This document shows, piece after piece, positions 18,206 to 25,694 of a DNA stretch of 57,567 nt. The notes under the pieces were generated by a model. It did no database searches, was not told where the DNA came from, and saw nothing but the letters and a program-made list of their open reading frames with translations. The position numbers and the translations under genes were made by a program. Location of the stretch: NCBI GenBank assembly GCA_046259355.1, contig JBJYWH010000134.1:1-57567 (forward strand), given 5' to 3'. Within the stretch, counting starts at the first letter, position 1. Each line of letters begins with the position of its first letter. Source of the stretch: Anaerolineales bacterium (lineage in GTDB: Bacteria; Chloroflexota; Anaerolineae; Anaerolineales; E44-bin32).

Positions 18206-19642
18206 ATGATGCGCAGGAAACCGCTGGGTTGCCTCACAAGTATCGGGTTGCTCGCAAGCGTAATCACGCTGGCTTTGGTCGCCGTGTCCGCGGCTGCCAC
18301 CGGGAATGGAATCTTCAGCCCCGGCGAACTAAACGCGCAGAGCATGGGTATGAACTTCGGAGGCGTTGTGAGCCACGTGGAGCTCGAAGACGAATGTTCT
18401 GCCTGTCATCCTGCGTTCTGGAGCGGGACGAGCATGCGTGATCGCTGCCTGGAGTGCCATCAATCCGTAGCTGTTGAGCTGGAAACATCAGGCAGCCTGC
18501 ACGGGTCCTTCGACGTTTCGCTTACCTGCCAGGACTGTCACCACGAGCATCGCGGCCCCAATGCCGCACTGACGGATTTCACAAATGTTGAATTTCCGCA
18601 CGAGACGGTCGGGTTTTCGCTGCAGGAGCACCACGGGCCGCTGGGTCAGAAAAGGTTTACGTGCCATGCCTGCCATACGCTGAGCGTGCGGGTGTTCGAC
18701 ACATCAACCTGCCGCGCATGTCATCTTTCCCGTGATATGGCCGCTCACGACAAGGCATTTGGCCTCCGTTGCTTGAATTGCCATGACGGGGTGGATCGCT
18801 TTGAGCGGGGCGCTTTCAATCACCAGCGGGCCTCCTTTCCGCTGGAAGGAGCTCACCATCTGCTGGCATGCGCTGAGTGCCACCAGGATGCCAATTCCAT
18901 TGCTGTGCTCCAATCCACGCCGCAAGGCTGTGCAGCCTGTCACGCGGATCGGGATGCACATGCTGGCCGCCTGGGCAATCGCTGCGAGGATTGTCATGCC
19001 CCGACCACCTGGGATCATGCCACGATTGACCACGACCTCACGCGCTATCCCCTGGTCGGCGCACATCTGCAGGTCGATTGCGAAGCGTGCCACGTTGACC
19101 GGGCCTGGACCGGCCTGCCGTTGAACTGCGCGGGATGTCACGTCAGCGATGATGCGCACGAAGGACGCTACGGCGACCAGTGCGAGGCCTGTCACCAGCC
19201 GACGGCCTGGCAGGATGCGACCTTTGATCACGATCTTTCGCGCTTTCCGCTGACGGGTGCCCATACCCTATTGGCCTGCGAGAGCTGCCACGCCAGTGGA
19301 TCGTTTGGTGGGCTTTCCGCCGCCTGCGTGTCTTGCCATGCAGACCCCACGTATCACCGCGGCCTGTTCGGATACTCCTGCGCGTCGTGCCACAACACAT
19401 GGGCCTGGCGGCCGACGCCCTACAACGGACCGCACAGTTTCCCCTACAACCATGGTGGGGCGGACGGCACCTGCTCGACCTGCCACCCCAGCGCGCTCAC
19501 GGGTTATACCTGCTACAGCTGTCACGAACACAACCAGGGCGAAATCGCCAACAAACACCGTGAGGAGGGGATCGGCAACCTGAACAACTGTGTTCGCTGT
19601 CATCCTTCGGGACGCGAGGCAGAGGGCGGAGAGGAGGACTGA
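18206..19642 (+). CDS. multihaem c-type cytochrome (18 CxxCH), secreted or anchored
   Basis: Start MMRRKPLGCLTSIGLLASVITLALVAV (signal or anchor). I count 18 CxxCH motifs, with repeated units FxHxxxxFPLxGxHxxxxCxxCH (doubled-CXXCH / c7-like). Confidence 0.9.
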   Translation: MMRRKPLGCLTSIGLLASVITLALVAVSAAATGNGIFSPGELNAQSMGMNFGGVVSHVELEDECSACHPAFWSGTSMRDRCLECHQSVAVELETSGSLHGSFDVSLTCQDCHHEHRGPNAALTDFTNVEFPHETVGFSLQEHHGPLGQKRFTCHACHTLSVRVFDTSTCRACHLSRDMAAHDKAFGLRCLNCHDGVDRFERGAFNHQRASFPLEGAHHLLACAECHQDANSIAVLQSTPQGCAACHADRDAHAGRLGNRCEDCHAPTTWDHATIDHDLTRYPLVGAHLQVDCEACHVDRAWTGLPLNCAGCHVSDDAHEGRYGDQCEACHQPTAWQDATFDHDLSRFPLTGAHTLLACESCHASGSFGGLSAACVSCHADPTYHRGLFGYSCASCHNTWAWRPTPYNGPHSFPYNHGGADGTCSTCHPSALTGYTCYSCHEHNQGEIANKHREEGIGNLNNCVRCHPSGREAEGGEED

Positions 19643-20094
19643 TCGCGTCCCTGCTCGCGGGCAAGCAGCAGCGGCCCAAGCACCTCGCCCAATACCATCA
19701 AGCCCAGCGCAGCGAACGGTGTACAGAACCAGGCCAGGCCGAGGGCAATCATCCAACGCTGCAGGGTGCCCTCGGGCCTGAAGATCACCGCGCCCGCCAG
19801 CAGATAAAGCCACAGCGTCAGGGCGGGCAGGGTGGCCAGCGCCGTCAGCAGGAAGCGCGCGCCGCGCGCTGTCTCCTTCCTGCTGGACGAATGCCCCGCC
19901 CTGCGCCAAACCCACACTGACCACACCAACAGGGCATAAGCCAGCGTGAGGAACGATCCGGTGACCAGCAAGCCCGGATCCGGCCGCCACCCTGCCAGGA
20001 TTCCATCGGCATCGAAGTAGCCGGCAATCGCGAGCACATTCGCAACCAGGCTCACCATACCGCTGAACAACAGGAACGCGTTATAACGTCTCAT
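19600..20094 (-). CDS. hypothetical membrane protein, last gene of the PolB cassette
   Basis: 164 aa with about four TM helices. The ATG is 22 nt after the polB stop and has GGTGGAGAAAG upstream. The 3' end overlaps the convergent cytochrome gene by 43 nt. Confidence 0.5.
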   Translation of the reverse strand: MRRYNAFLLFSGMVSLVANVLAIAGYFDADGILAGWRPDPGLLVTGSFLTLAYALLVWSVWVWRRAGHSSSRKETARGARFLLTALATLPALTLWLYLLAGAVIFRPEGTLQRWMIALGLAWFCTPFAALGLMVLGEVLGPLLLAREQGRDQSSSPPSASRPEG

Positions 20095-20116
20095 CTTTCT
20101 CCACCTGTGCAGTGTT

Positions 20117-22486
20117 CTAGGCTGCCAGCAGCAGCTTGTTGTCTGCCGACGGCTGGCGATCCTTGTAGATGGCCGAGGCCGGTCGAATGCCCGTCCAGCT
20201 CTTCACGCGACCCGCCAGCAGCGGCACTCCGGGATCCACCCCCGGGGGCGGCAGCACACCGGGTGGACCCCAGTAGCCGGCGTTCGCCAGCAGCCAGGTC
20301 TCGAGCATGTTCCGGTTGACGCCGATCGGCGACACGATGCTCTCGATCGCCCGCAGCAGCAGCTCGCGGTACGCGGCGCGGTCGTAGTGCACATCGCCCT
20401 CGATCAGCTCCCAGGCCAGTGCCTTTTCCGGGCCGGGCACGAACAGGAAGTTCAGCCGCTCGCCGGGGTGGAGCTCGACCCCGGTCCCTGCCAGCTGCTG
20501 GGCGACGCGCGCGGCCGCGGTGCGCACGGTGTATTCCTCCGGCTTGCGGGACAGGCGGTGGGCGACGACCAATTCGGCGGGATTGACCTGGCCGGTGCAC
20601 AGCGCCGCCAGCCGCTGGCGGGCGTAGTCCAGCGCTTCCGGCAGTGCGGCGCGAAAGCCGGCCGCATCCTCGCCGGTCGCCAGGATCTCCAGCATCTCCA
20701 GTTGGGTCTGCTTGATGAAGCGCGGCGTATCGTGGCGGCGCGCTTCGATGCCGCGCACCTTCAGCGTGCGGTCCTCGTACGCGCCGAAGTAGCGGTTGGC
20801 GACCGCCACGCGCGGCTCGCTGCGCGAGGGCAGGAAGGCCAGCCAGCGGTAGACCCCCTCCAGCCCGATGTGCAGCCCGGTGCGATTGTGAATCTGCTCC
20901 AGCAGCGCCTCGTAATCCGGGCGCTGGCGCGCGCCGGGTTTGTAGATCCACAGCCCATCGACATACAGGTGCAGCACGCGAAAGCCCTGTGCTTCGACCA
21001 GCTCCTTGGTCTGCAGCAGGATCTCCCGGCCGTAGGCATTCACGGCCTCGTGCGCCTCGATGCGCCCGAAGCGGGCGTTCTTGTAGCCCAGGTAACCGAA
21101 GCAGGTCACCAGCAGCCACTTGTGGGCCGAGTAGCGCCGGCGGAACGGCTCCCGGCGCGGGTCGTGCGGCTCCATGGCGCGTATCAATTCCTTGTAGCGG
21201 CGGCGCTTTTCGAGCAGCGGCGCCAGCGTTTCCGGCACCAGCCCCAGGCGGTGGCGGCAGACCGGAGTGCCCAGCTCGGGGATCGGCTCGCCTTCGCAGC
21301 AGCGCGCCCCGACAGTCTCGGGCGAGATATTGAAGTGCACCATGATGCTGGGGTACATGGCGCTGAAGTCGAGCTCGGCGACGTGTTCGTGCAGGCCGGC
21401 GATCGGCGTGTAGACCAGCCCGCCCTTGTCTGCCGTGAGCAGGTCGAGTCCGCTCTTCAGGTCCTCTGGCTGGCGCTTCTGCCATGGCACCAGCACGTCG
21501 CGGCGCAGCGCGGTCGCGACCTGCATGGCGCTGATGCCGGTGCCGGTTGAAACGCGGGCGACGGTCTGCGGCGGCAGCCCGGAGAGGCGGGCGATCTCGA
21601 GAATGCCGTCGATGCCGTAATCATTCGCTAGGAATGCGTTCTGGCGGTCGAGGTGCCAGCGCCCGAAGAGCAGGTGCTGCTCATTGCGGAAGACCACCCG
21701 ACCGTAGGAGAAGTAGGAGGAGGCCGATTTGCGCTGCACGGCATACCCCGGGTCGCGGTTGAGCGGCAGCGGGATGCCGTAGTGCTCCGCCAGCTGGATC
21801 AGGCGCGGCAGGATGTAGTTGTCGCCGTAGGTCGAGACGATTACATCCGGGTCGTACGCCTCGAGCAGATGGCGCATGCCCAGCACCAGCTGCCGGCTGC
21901 GGCGGCGGGGGAAGCGCAGCGTCTCGCCCTCGATCTCGACCAGCAGGTCGGCCCGGTGGCCGCGGCCAGGGTCGCGCATGTCGCCGGCCAGGCGCAGCGC
22001 CATCGTGCGCAGCGGCGGCAGCGCGTAGTCGATCTCCCAGGGCGAATCGAGCGAGCGGATCTCACGCACCTGTTCCCCGTCGACCTCCAGCGCGCAGTAC
22101 GCCAACGGGAAGACTCCGCGCGTCAGCACGTAGCGCTGGGCGAGCGAGATATCGGCGTTGTAGTAGGTCAAGTCGGGAAAGGCATCGGCTGTTCGGCGGA
22201 AGAGGGCCGGCAGCTGCCCAGGCTGAGGTACGCCCACCTCGAGCACCTCCACCGGGCGGTCGAGGAACAGATCGCGGTGCTCGCCGCTCGCCAGCGTCAC
22301 CGGCGTACGCCCCCGGCGCAGCCACTGGCAGAGCGCGTGCAGTTCCGGGCGCGGGCCGCGGGCATAGAACGTGGCCGTGAACGAATCGCGCAGCTTGTGG
22401 CTGCGGCCCTGCGCGTCGAGCACCCAGACCGTCATGCCCTGGCCGTCCGGGTAGGTGTCGAACAGCCAGCCGAAGAGGGTGGTCAT
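20117..22486 (-). CDS. family-B DNA polymerase, archaeal-like, exonuclease motifs degenerate
   Basis: 789 aa. Motif A is LDFSAMYPSIMVHFNISPET. The motif B region is KWLLVTCFGYLGY. Motif C is GFRVLHLYVDGLWIYKPG (compare Pfu GFKVLYIDTDGLYATIPG). The ExoI position reads LRTMALRLAG and ExoII reads DPDVIVSTYGDNYILPRL. Confidence 0.85.
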   Translation of the reverse strand: MTTLFGWLFDTYPDGQGMTVWVLDAQGRSHKLRDSFTATFYARGPRPELHALCQWLRRGRTPVTLASGEHRDLFLDRPVEVLEVGVPQPGQLPALFRRTADAFPDLTYYNADISLAQRYVLTRGVFPLAYCALEVDGEQVREIRSLDSPWEIDYALPPLRTMALRLAGDMRDPGRGHRADLLVEIEGETLRFPRRRSRQLVLGMRHLLEAYDPDVIVSTYGDNYILPRLIQLAEHYGIPLPLNRDPGYAVQRKSASSYFSYGRVVFRNEQHLLFGRWHLDRQNAFLANDYGIDGILEIARLSGLPPQTVARVSTGTGISAMQVATALRRDVLVPWQKRQPEDLKSGLDLLTADKGGLVYTPIAGLHEHVAELDFSAMYPSIMVHFNISPETVGARCCEGEPIPELGTPVCRHRLGLVPETLAPLLEKRRRYKELIRAMEPHDPRREPFRRRYSAHKWLLVTCFGYLGYKNARFGRIEAHEAVNAYGREILLQTKELVEAQGFRVLHLYVDGLWIYKPGARQRPDYEALLEQIHNRTGLHIGLEGVYRWLAFLPSRSEPRVAVANRYFGAYEDRTLKVRGIEARRHDTPRFIKQTQLEMLEILATGEDAAGFRAALPEALDYARQRLAALCTGQVNPAELVVAHRLSRKPEEYTVRTAAARVAQQLAGTGVELHPGERLNFLFVPGPEKALAWELIEGDVHYDRAAYRELLLRAIESIVSPIGVNRNMLETWLLANAGYWGPPGVLPPPGVDPGVPLLAGRVKSWTGIRPASAIYKDRQPSADNKLLLAA

Positions 22487-22815
22487 GCGTCCCCGGCCTC
22501 ATGAGCCGTCCGGTTCGCAGGCGTGTCGGGCGGCAGCGCCGGCTGCTCGGTTTTGCCCTGCCCGGAACGCAGCACCTCGACCTCCTGCTGCAGCAGCAGG
22601 ACCTGTTTGTGCTCCTCGACCAGCATGGCGAGCAGCATGACCTCGAATGGCAGCAGGTGGGAGGCGTAGGCGGCCGCCGCCAGGTGACGGCGGGAGGCGC
22701 CCAGCAGGTCATCGAGCGCGCGCTGGTCTTCACGGCGCAGCGCCCGGCGGAAGCGAGCCAGCGATTGCTGCTCGTGTAAAAAAGCCTGTGTAATCGATGG
22801 CAGTGTGCGTCCCAT
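22483..22815 (-). CDS. small helical protein of unknown function, translationally coupled to polB
   Basis: 110 aa with strong GC3 bias. SD GAGGT. The stop overlaps the polB ATG (ATGA). No family recognised. Confidence 0.6.
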   Translation of the reverse strand: MGRTLPSITQAFLHEQQSLARFRRALRREDQRALDDLLGASRRHLAAAAYASHLLPFEVMLLAMLVEEHKQVLLLQQEVEVLRSGQGKTEQPALPPDTPANRTAHEAGDA

Positions 22816-22953
22816 GCATACCTCGCAGTGTGTGAGATGGAATCGATTGATCCGCTGTCGTCGGCGGGCGGGACACGGAAGCCGGGTGGAGGGAAGGGCG
22901 GCGGCCGCTCGTAGATTGCCCGGCTTCCGGTCCCATGCGCCGGGAGGGCGGCG

Positions 22954-23568
22954 TCAGTTGAACAAGCGCAGTTGCTCGCGGGATGTGTCCTCGGGCGCCC
23001 GCAGCAGCCAGGCGGCGTCGGCCGCGACCTGCAGTTGATCGAGCAGCGACCAGCGCTCCTTGACCAACACGCGCGGCTCGCGCGCGCCGACAATCACCGG
23101 CCCGCTCGACGCCAGGCGTTTCAGGTGGGCGATGGTCTTTGTCAGCAGGTGCTCGGATTCGCGCAGCGGGACGCTCTCGTCGTAAAAGGTGGTGAGCAGA
23201 TCGAGCACAAAGAGCACCTCGCCCGAAGAATGCAGGGCGGCGGGCGCGTTTTCAATCAGCTGCGCCAGCTGGAAGCAGGTGAAGGCGCGCGAGAGCTGCA
23301 CGCGTTCCAGCACGGCGTGTGGATTCGGGCTCAGGCGGCGCGCCAGGCGGGCGATGAAATACCCATCGAAGCGGTTGCCGCCGTCGAAGACGCGCACCTG
23401 CTGGCCGCGCGCTGCGATCAGCGTCAGAGCCGCCAGCAGCGACCGGGTGGGCGTCTCGGCGCCCCAGAAGAGCGACAGGCGCGGTTGCAGCAGCATCTCC
23501 AGCGTGGATGGATCGTCCAGAACCCGCGGCAGCGGCGGCAGTTCGGTGGAAACGAGCGTTGATGACAT
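22954..23568 (-). CDS. RecA-superfamily-fold protein with degenerate P-loop (ImuA/SulA-like, inferred)
   Basis: ATG at 23568, 5 nt after GGAGGT. It shows strand-loop-helix LSLFWGAETPTRSLLAALTLIAA where GxxxxGK[ST] would sit, a Walker-B-like VLFVLDLLTTFYDE, and LSRAFTCFQL. Confidence 0.5.
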   Translation of the reverse strand: MSSTLVSTELPPLPRVLDDPSTLEMLLQPRLSLFWGAETPTRSLLAALTLIAARGQQVRVFDGGNRFDGYFIARLARRLSPNPHAVLERVQLSRAFTCFQLAQLIENAPAALHSSGEVLFVLDLLTTFYDESVPLRESEHLLTKTIAHLKRLASSGPVIVGAREPRVLVKERWSLLDQLQVAADAAWLLRAPEDTSREQLRLFN

Positions 23569-23598
23569 CACATACCTCCGGGAGCGGTGAGGCGCCCA

Positions 23599-23626
23599 AT
23601 AGTAGAACAAATGTGCTAACAGTCTA
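23599..23626 (-). promoter_or_regulatory. promoter-like element with LexA (Cheo-type) box upstream of the PolB cassette
   Basis: Box GAACAAATGTGC at 23605..23616 (11/12 to GAAC-N4-GTTC), flanked on the minus strand by TAGACT (-35-like) and TACTAT (-10-like) with a 16-nt spacer. It shares the 12-mer TAGAACAAATGT with the box at 29371..29382. Confidence 0.6.
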
Positions 23627-23666
23627 TCTCTGGACGATTGCGCCGCAATCCCGTGGGGGGTGGAAC

Positions 23667-23698
23667 CGCGCGGGTGATTCGCGAATCACCCGCGCGGG
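23667..23698 (-). terminator. 32-bp perfect GC-rich palindrome downstream of the plsC-like gene
   Basis: CCGCGCGGGTGATTCG/CGAATCACCCGCGCGG, 16+16 nt with no mismatches, 33 nt after the stop at 23732. No U tract on either strand. Confidence 0.35.
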
Positions 23699-23731
23699 GG
23701 AGCGAGAAAGAACCGATTTGGAATGATGGGC

Positions 23732-24400
23732 TCAGGAACTGGAACGGGCGAGCAGTTCCTGCAGGCGGGGATGATCAGCGTAGTAGCCGCGGTACCGGGG
23801 AGGAAGCATGACGGCGATGCGGCACATCACTTCGTCGGCGTTGGCTCGCAGGCTGGCGTTGCGATCCGTTTCATCGAGCGGGGGCAGCCGGAAGGATTTT
23901 CCAACCCACATGGTGAACTTCGGACGGCGCAGCCGACGCCAACAGGCGATTGTGTTTTCGGTGCCGGCGACGGCAATGGGCACGATCGGGACATCGACCT
24001 CGCTGGCCAGGTAGGCGACGCCTGTCTTGGCGCGCGCCATGGCGCCGGTCTTGCTGCGTGTCCCCTCGGGCGCAATGCCGAACATGTTGCCGCGCTGGAT
24101 CCAGGCCACGGCCGCCTCGATTGCGTGCCGGTCAACCTGGCCGCGTTCGATGAAGATGGCATTGCCCATGCGCAGGATGAGCCCGAAAAGCGGGTGGCGG
24201 GCGTACTTTTCAGCCGCCCAGCCGGTGACGTTCTCGCCGCCGACCAGTCCGAAGACGAGCGGCAGGTCGAAGATGCTGAGGTGGTTGATGGCCAGAATGC
24301 ACGGTCCCTGTGCAGGAAAATTCTCGAGCCCCTGGACCTCACGGCGGGCGAGGAGTGAGGCCAGAAAATTGAAGCTCCAGCGCAAGAAGCGTGAAAACAT
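23732..24400 (-). CDS. 1-acyl-sn-glycerol-3-phosphate acyltransferase family (PlsC-like)
   Basis: ATG at 24400 after GGAGAGG. Motifs NHLSIFD (HX4D), FIERG and APEGTRS. Only the C-terminal 222 codons of the 617-aa track ORF are coding. Confidence 0.85.
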   Translation of the reverse strand: MFSRFLRWSFNFLASLLARREVQGLENFPAQGPCILAINHLSIFDLPLVFGLVGGENVTGWAAEKYARHPLFGLILRMGNAIFIERGQVDRHAIEAAVAWIQRGNMFGIAPEGTRSKTGAMARAKTGVAYLASEVDVPIVPIAVAGTENTIACWRRLRRPKFTMWVGKSFRLPPLDETDRNASLRANADEVMCRIAVMLPPRYRGYYADHPRLQELLARSSS

Positions 24401-24425
24401 CGATCCTCTCCTGATCGGGCTTTGA

Positions 24426-24454
24426 TTGTAGACGCATTTCCACGGTGCTACAAT
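24426..24454 (+). promoter_or_regulatory. sigma-70-like promoter for the GNAT-like gene
   Basis: TTGTAG-N17-TACAAT with an extended -10 TGc (GGTGCTACAAT). Confidence 0.4.
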
Positions 24455-24481
24455 GACTCCGATCCGTACAGGGCAACGGCC

Positions 24482-25609
24482 GTGATCGAGATCCAGCAAA
24501 TTGAAACCCGATCCAGGAGCGAGGTTGAACGGTTCGTCCGTCTGCCGTTCAAGCTGTACCGCGGCCACCCGTTGTGGGTGCCGCCGATCCGCATGGATGT
24601 GCGCACCCGGCTCAACCGTGAAAAGCACCCTTTCCATGAACATTCGCAGGCCGATTTCTTCATCGCCCGGCAGAATGGTGAGGATGTGGGCCGCATCGCA
24701 GCCATTGAAAACAAACCCTACAACGAGTACCACGGGACCCGCCAGGCGCAGTTCTATTTCTTCGAATGCGTGGAAGACCTGGAGGTCGCACGCGCACTGC
24801 TTGAGCGGACCTTTGAGTGGGCGCGTGTGCGGGGCCTGAACGCCGTAGTGGGCCCGAAGGGTTTCGGACCGCTCGACGGCTACGGTATGTTGGTGGAAGG
24901 TTTCGAGTTCCGGCCGGCCATGACGATGATGAATTACAACCCGCCGTATTATCCGGCGTTCATGGAATCGCTGGGGTTCCGAAAAGAGGTCGATTTCGTA
25001 TCCTGCTATTTGAGCGCGCAGAAGTTCCATCTTCCGGAGCGAGTGCACCGCATTGCCGGACGGGCGGCGAAGCGCAGCGGGCTGGCGGTGAAGCGCTTTC
25101 GCAACAAGCGCGAGCTGCTGGACTGGGCTCCGCGCATCGGGGTGACTTACAACAACACCTTCATCAACAATTGGGAGTATTACCCGCTCAGCGAGCGTGA
25201 GATCGACTATGTCATCAGCGAGATTCTCACCATTGCCGATCCGCGCCTGATCAAGATCATCACCCACGGCGAGGATGTAGTCGGCTTCCTGTTCGGGTTT
25301 CCCGATGTCTCGGCTGCCATTCAGCGCAGCAAGGGGCGATTGTTCCCCTTCGGCATCATCGACCTGCTGATCGAGATGAGGCGCACCCGCTGGATCGCCC
25401 TGAACGGGGCCGGGGTACTTCCGGAGTACCATGGCCGGGGCGGCAACGCGCTGCTCTACAGCGAGATGGAAAAGACGATCCACGAGTTCGGATTCCGACA
25501 CGCGGATCTGACTCAGGTGGCGGAAAGCGCGGTGCAGATGCGCAGCGACCTGGAGAATGTGGGCGGCGTGGCTTACAAAAACCACCGCGTTTTCATTCGC
25601 GAAATCTAA
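24482..25609 (+). CDS. large GNAT-like acyl/acetyltransferase family protein
   Basis: About 375 aa from the GTG at 24482, downstream of the predicted promoter. The C-terminal GNAT core is NGAGVLPEYHGRGGNALLYSEM (Q/RxxGxG/A-like). The N-terminal half looks like a second degenerate GNAT fold. Confidence 0.6.
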   Translation: MIEIQQIETRSRSEVERFVRLPFKLYRGHPLWVPPIRMDVRTRLNREKHPFHEHSQADFFIARQNGEDVGRIAAIENKPYNEYHGTRQAQFYFFECVEDLEVARALLERTFEWARVRGLNAVVGPKGFGPLDGYGMLVEGFEFRPAMTMMNYNPPYYPAFMESLGFRKEVDFVSCYLSAQKFHLPERVHRIAGRAAKRSGLAVKRFRNKRELLDWAPRIGVTYNNTFINNWEYYPLSEREIDYVISEILTIADPRLIKIITHGEDVVGFLFGFPDVSAAIQRSKGRLFPFGIIDLLIEMRRTRWIALNGAGVLPEYHGRGGNALLYSEMEKTIHEFGFRHADLTQVAESAVQMRSDLENVGGVAYKNHRVFIREI

Positions 25610-25694
25610 ACCCTCCTAATCAGCCGGGTAGAAACGTTTTCACCGTGGGCGCCTGCCGCGCCCTGTGGTATCGTTTAATTTGGAGGGTAATGGT

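Noticed and set aside
20441-20453. GAACAGGAAGTTC inside polB as a third LexA box
   Set aside because: The spacer is 5 nt rather than 4. It lies deep inside the coding sequence, and no promoter-like hexamers flank it.
20091-21485. 464-aa minus-strand ORF overlapping the polB gene in another frame
   Set aside because: The translation is an Arg/Ala/Pro/Gly-rich, low-complexity string with no motif. This is the typical shadow ORF of a roughly 70% GC coding region. The PolB frame carries clear family motifs.
22062-23093. 343-aa minus-strand ORF spanning the polB start, the small ORF and the ImuA-like 3' end
   Set aside because: It is an Arg/Pro/Cys-rich nonsense-like translation and crosses three better-supported genes with SDs and coupled start/stop codons.
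19600-23700. Calling the PolB cassette a horizontally acquired island or mobile element
   Set aside because: There is no integrase, transposase, tRNA flank or direct repeats. My spot counts of 60-nt lines gave 57-73% GC inside against 57-77% outside, so I cannot support a compositional shift without a proper sliding-window calculation.
23732-25585. 617-aa ORF in the track
   Set aside because: It is a chimera. Only the last 222 codons (from the ATG at 24400, with an SD) are PlsC-like. The remainder is the antisense of the well-supported plus-strand GNAT-like gene.
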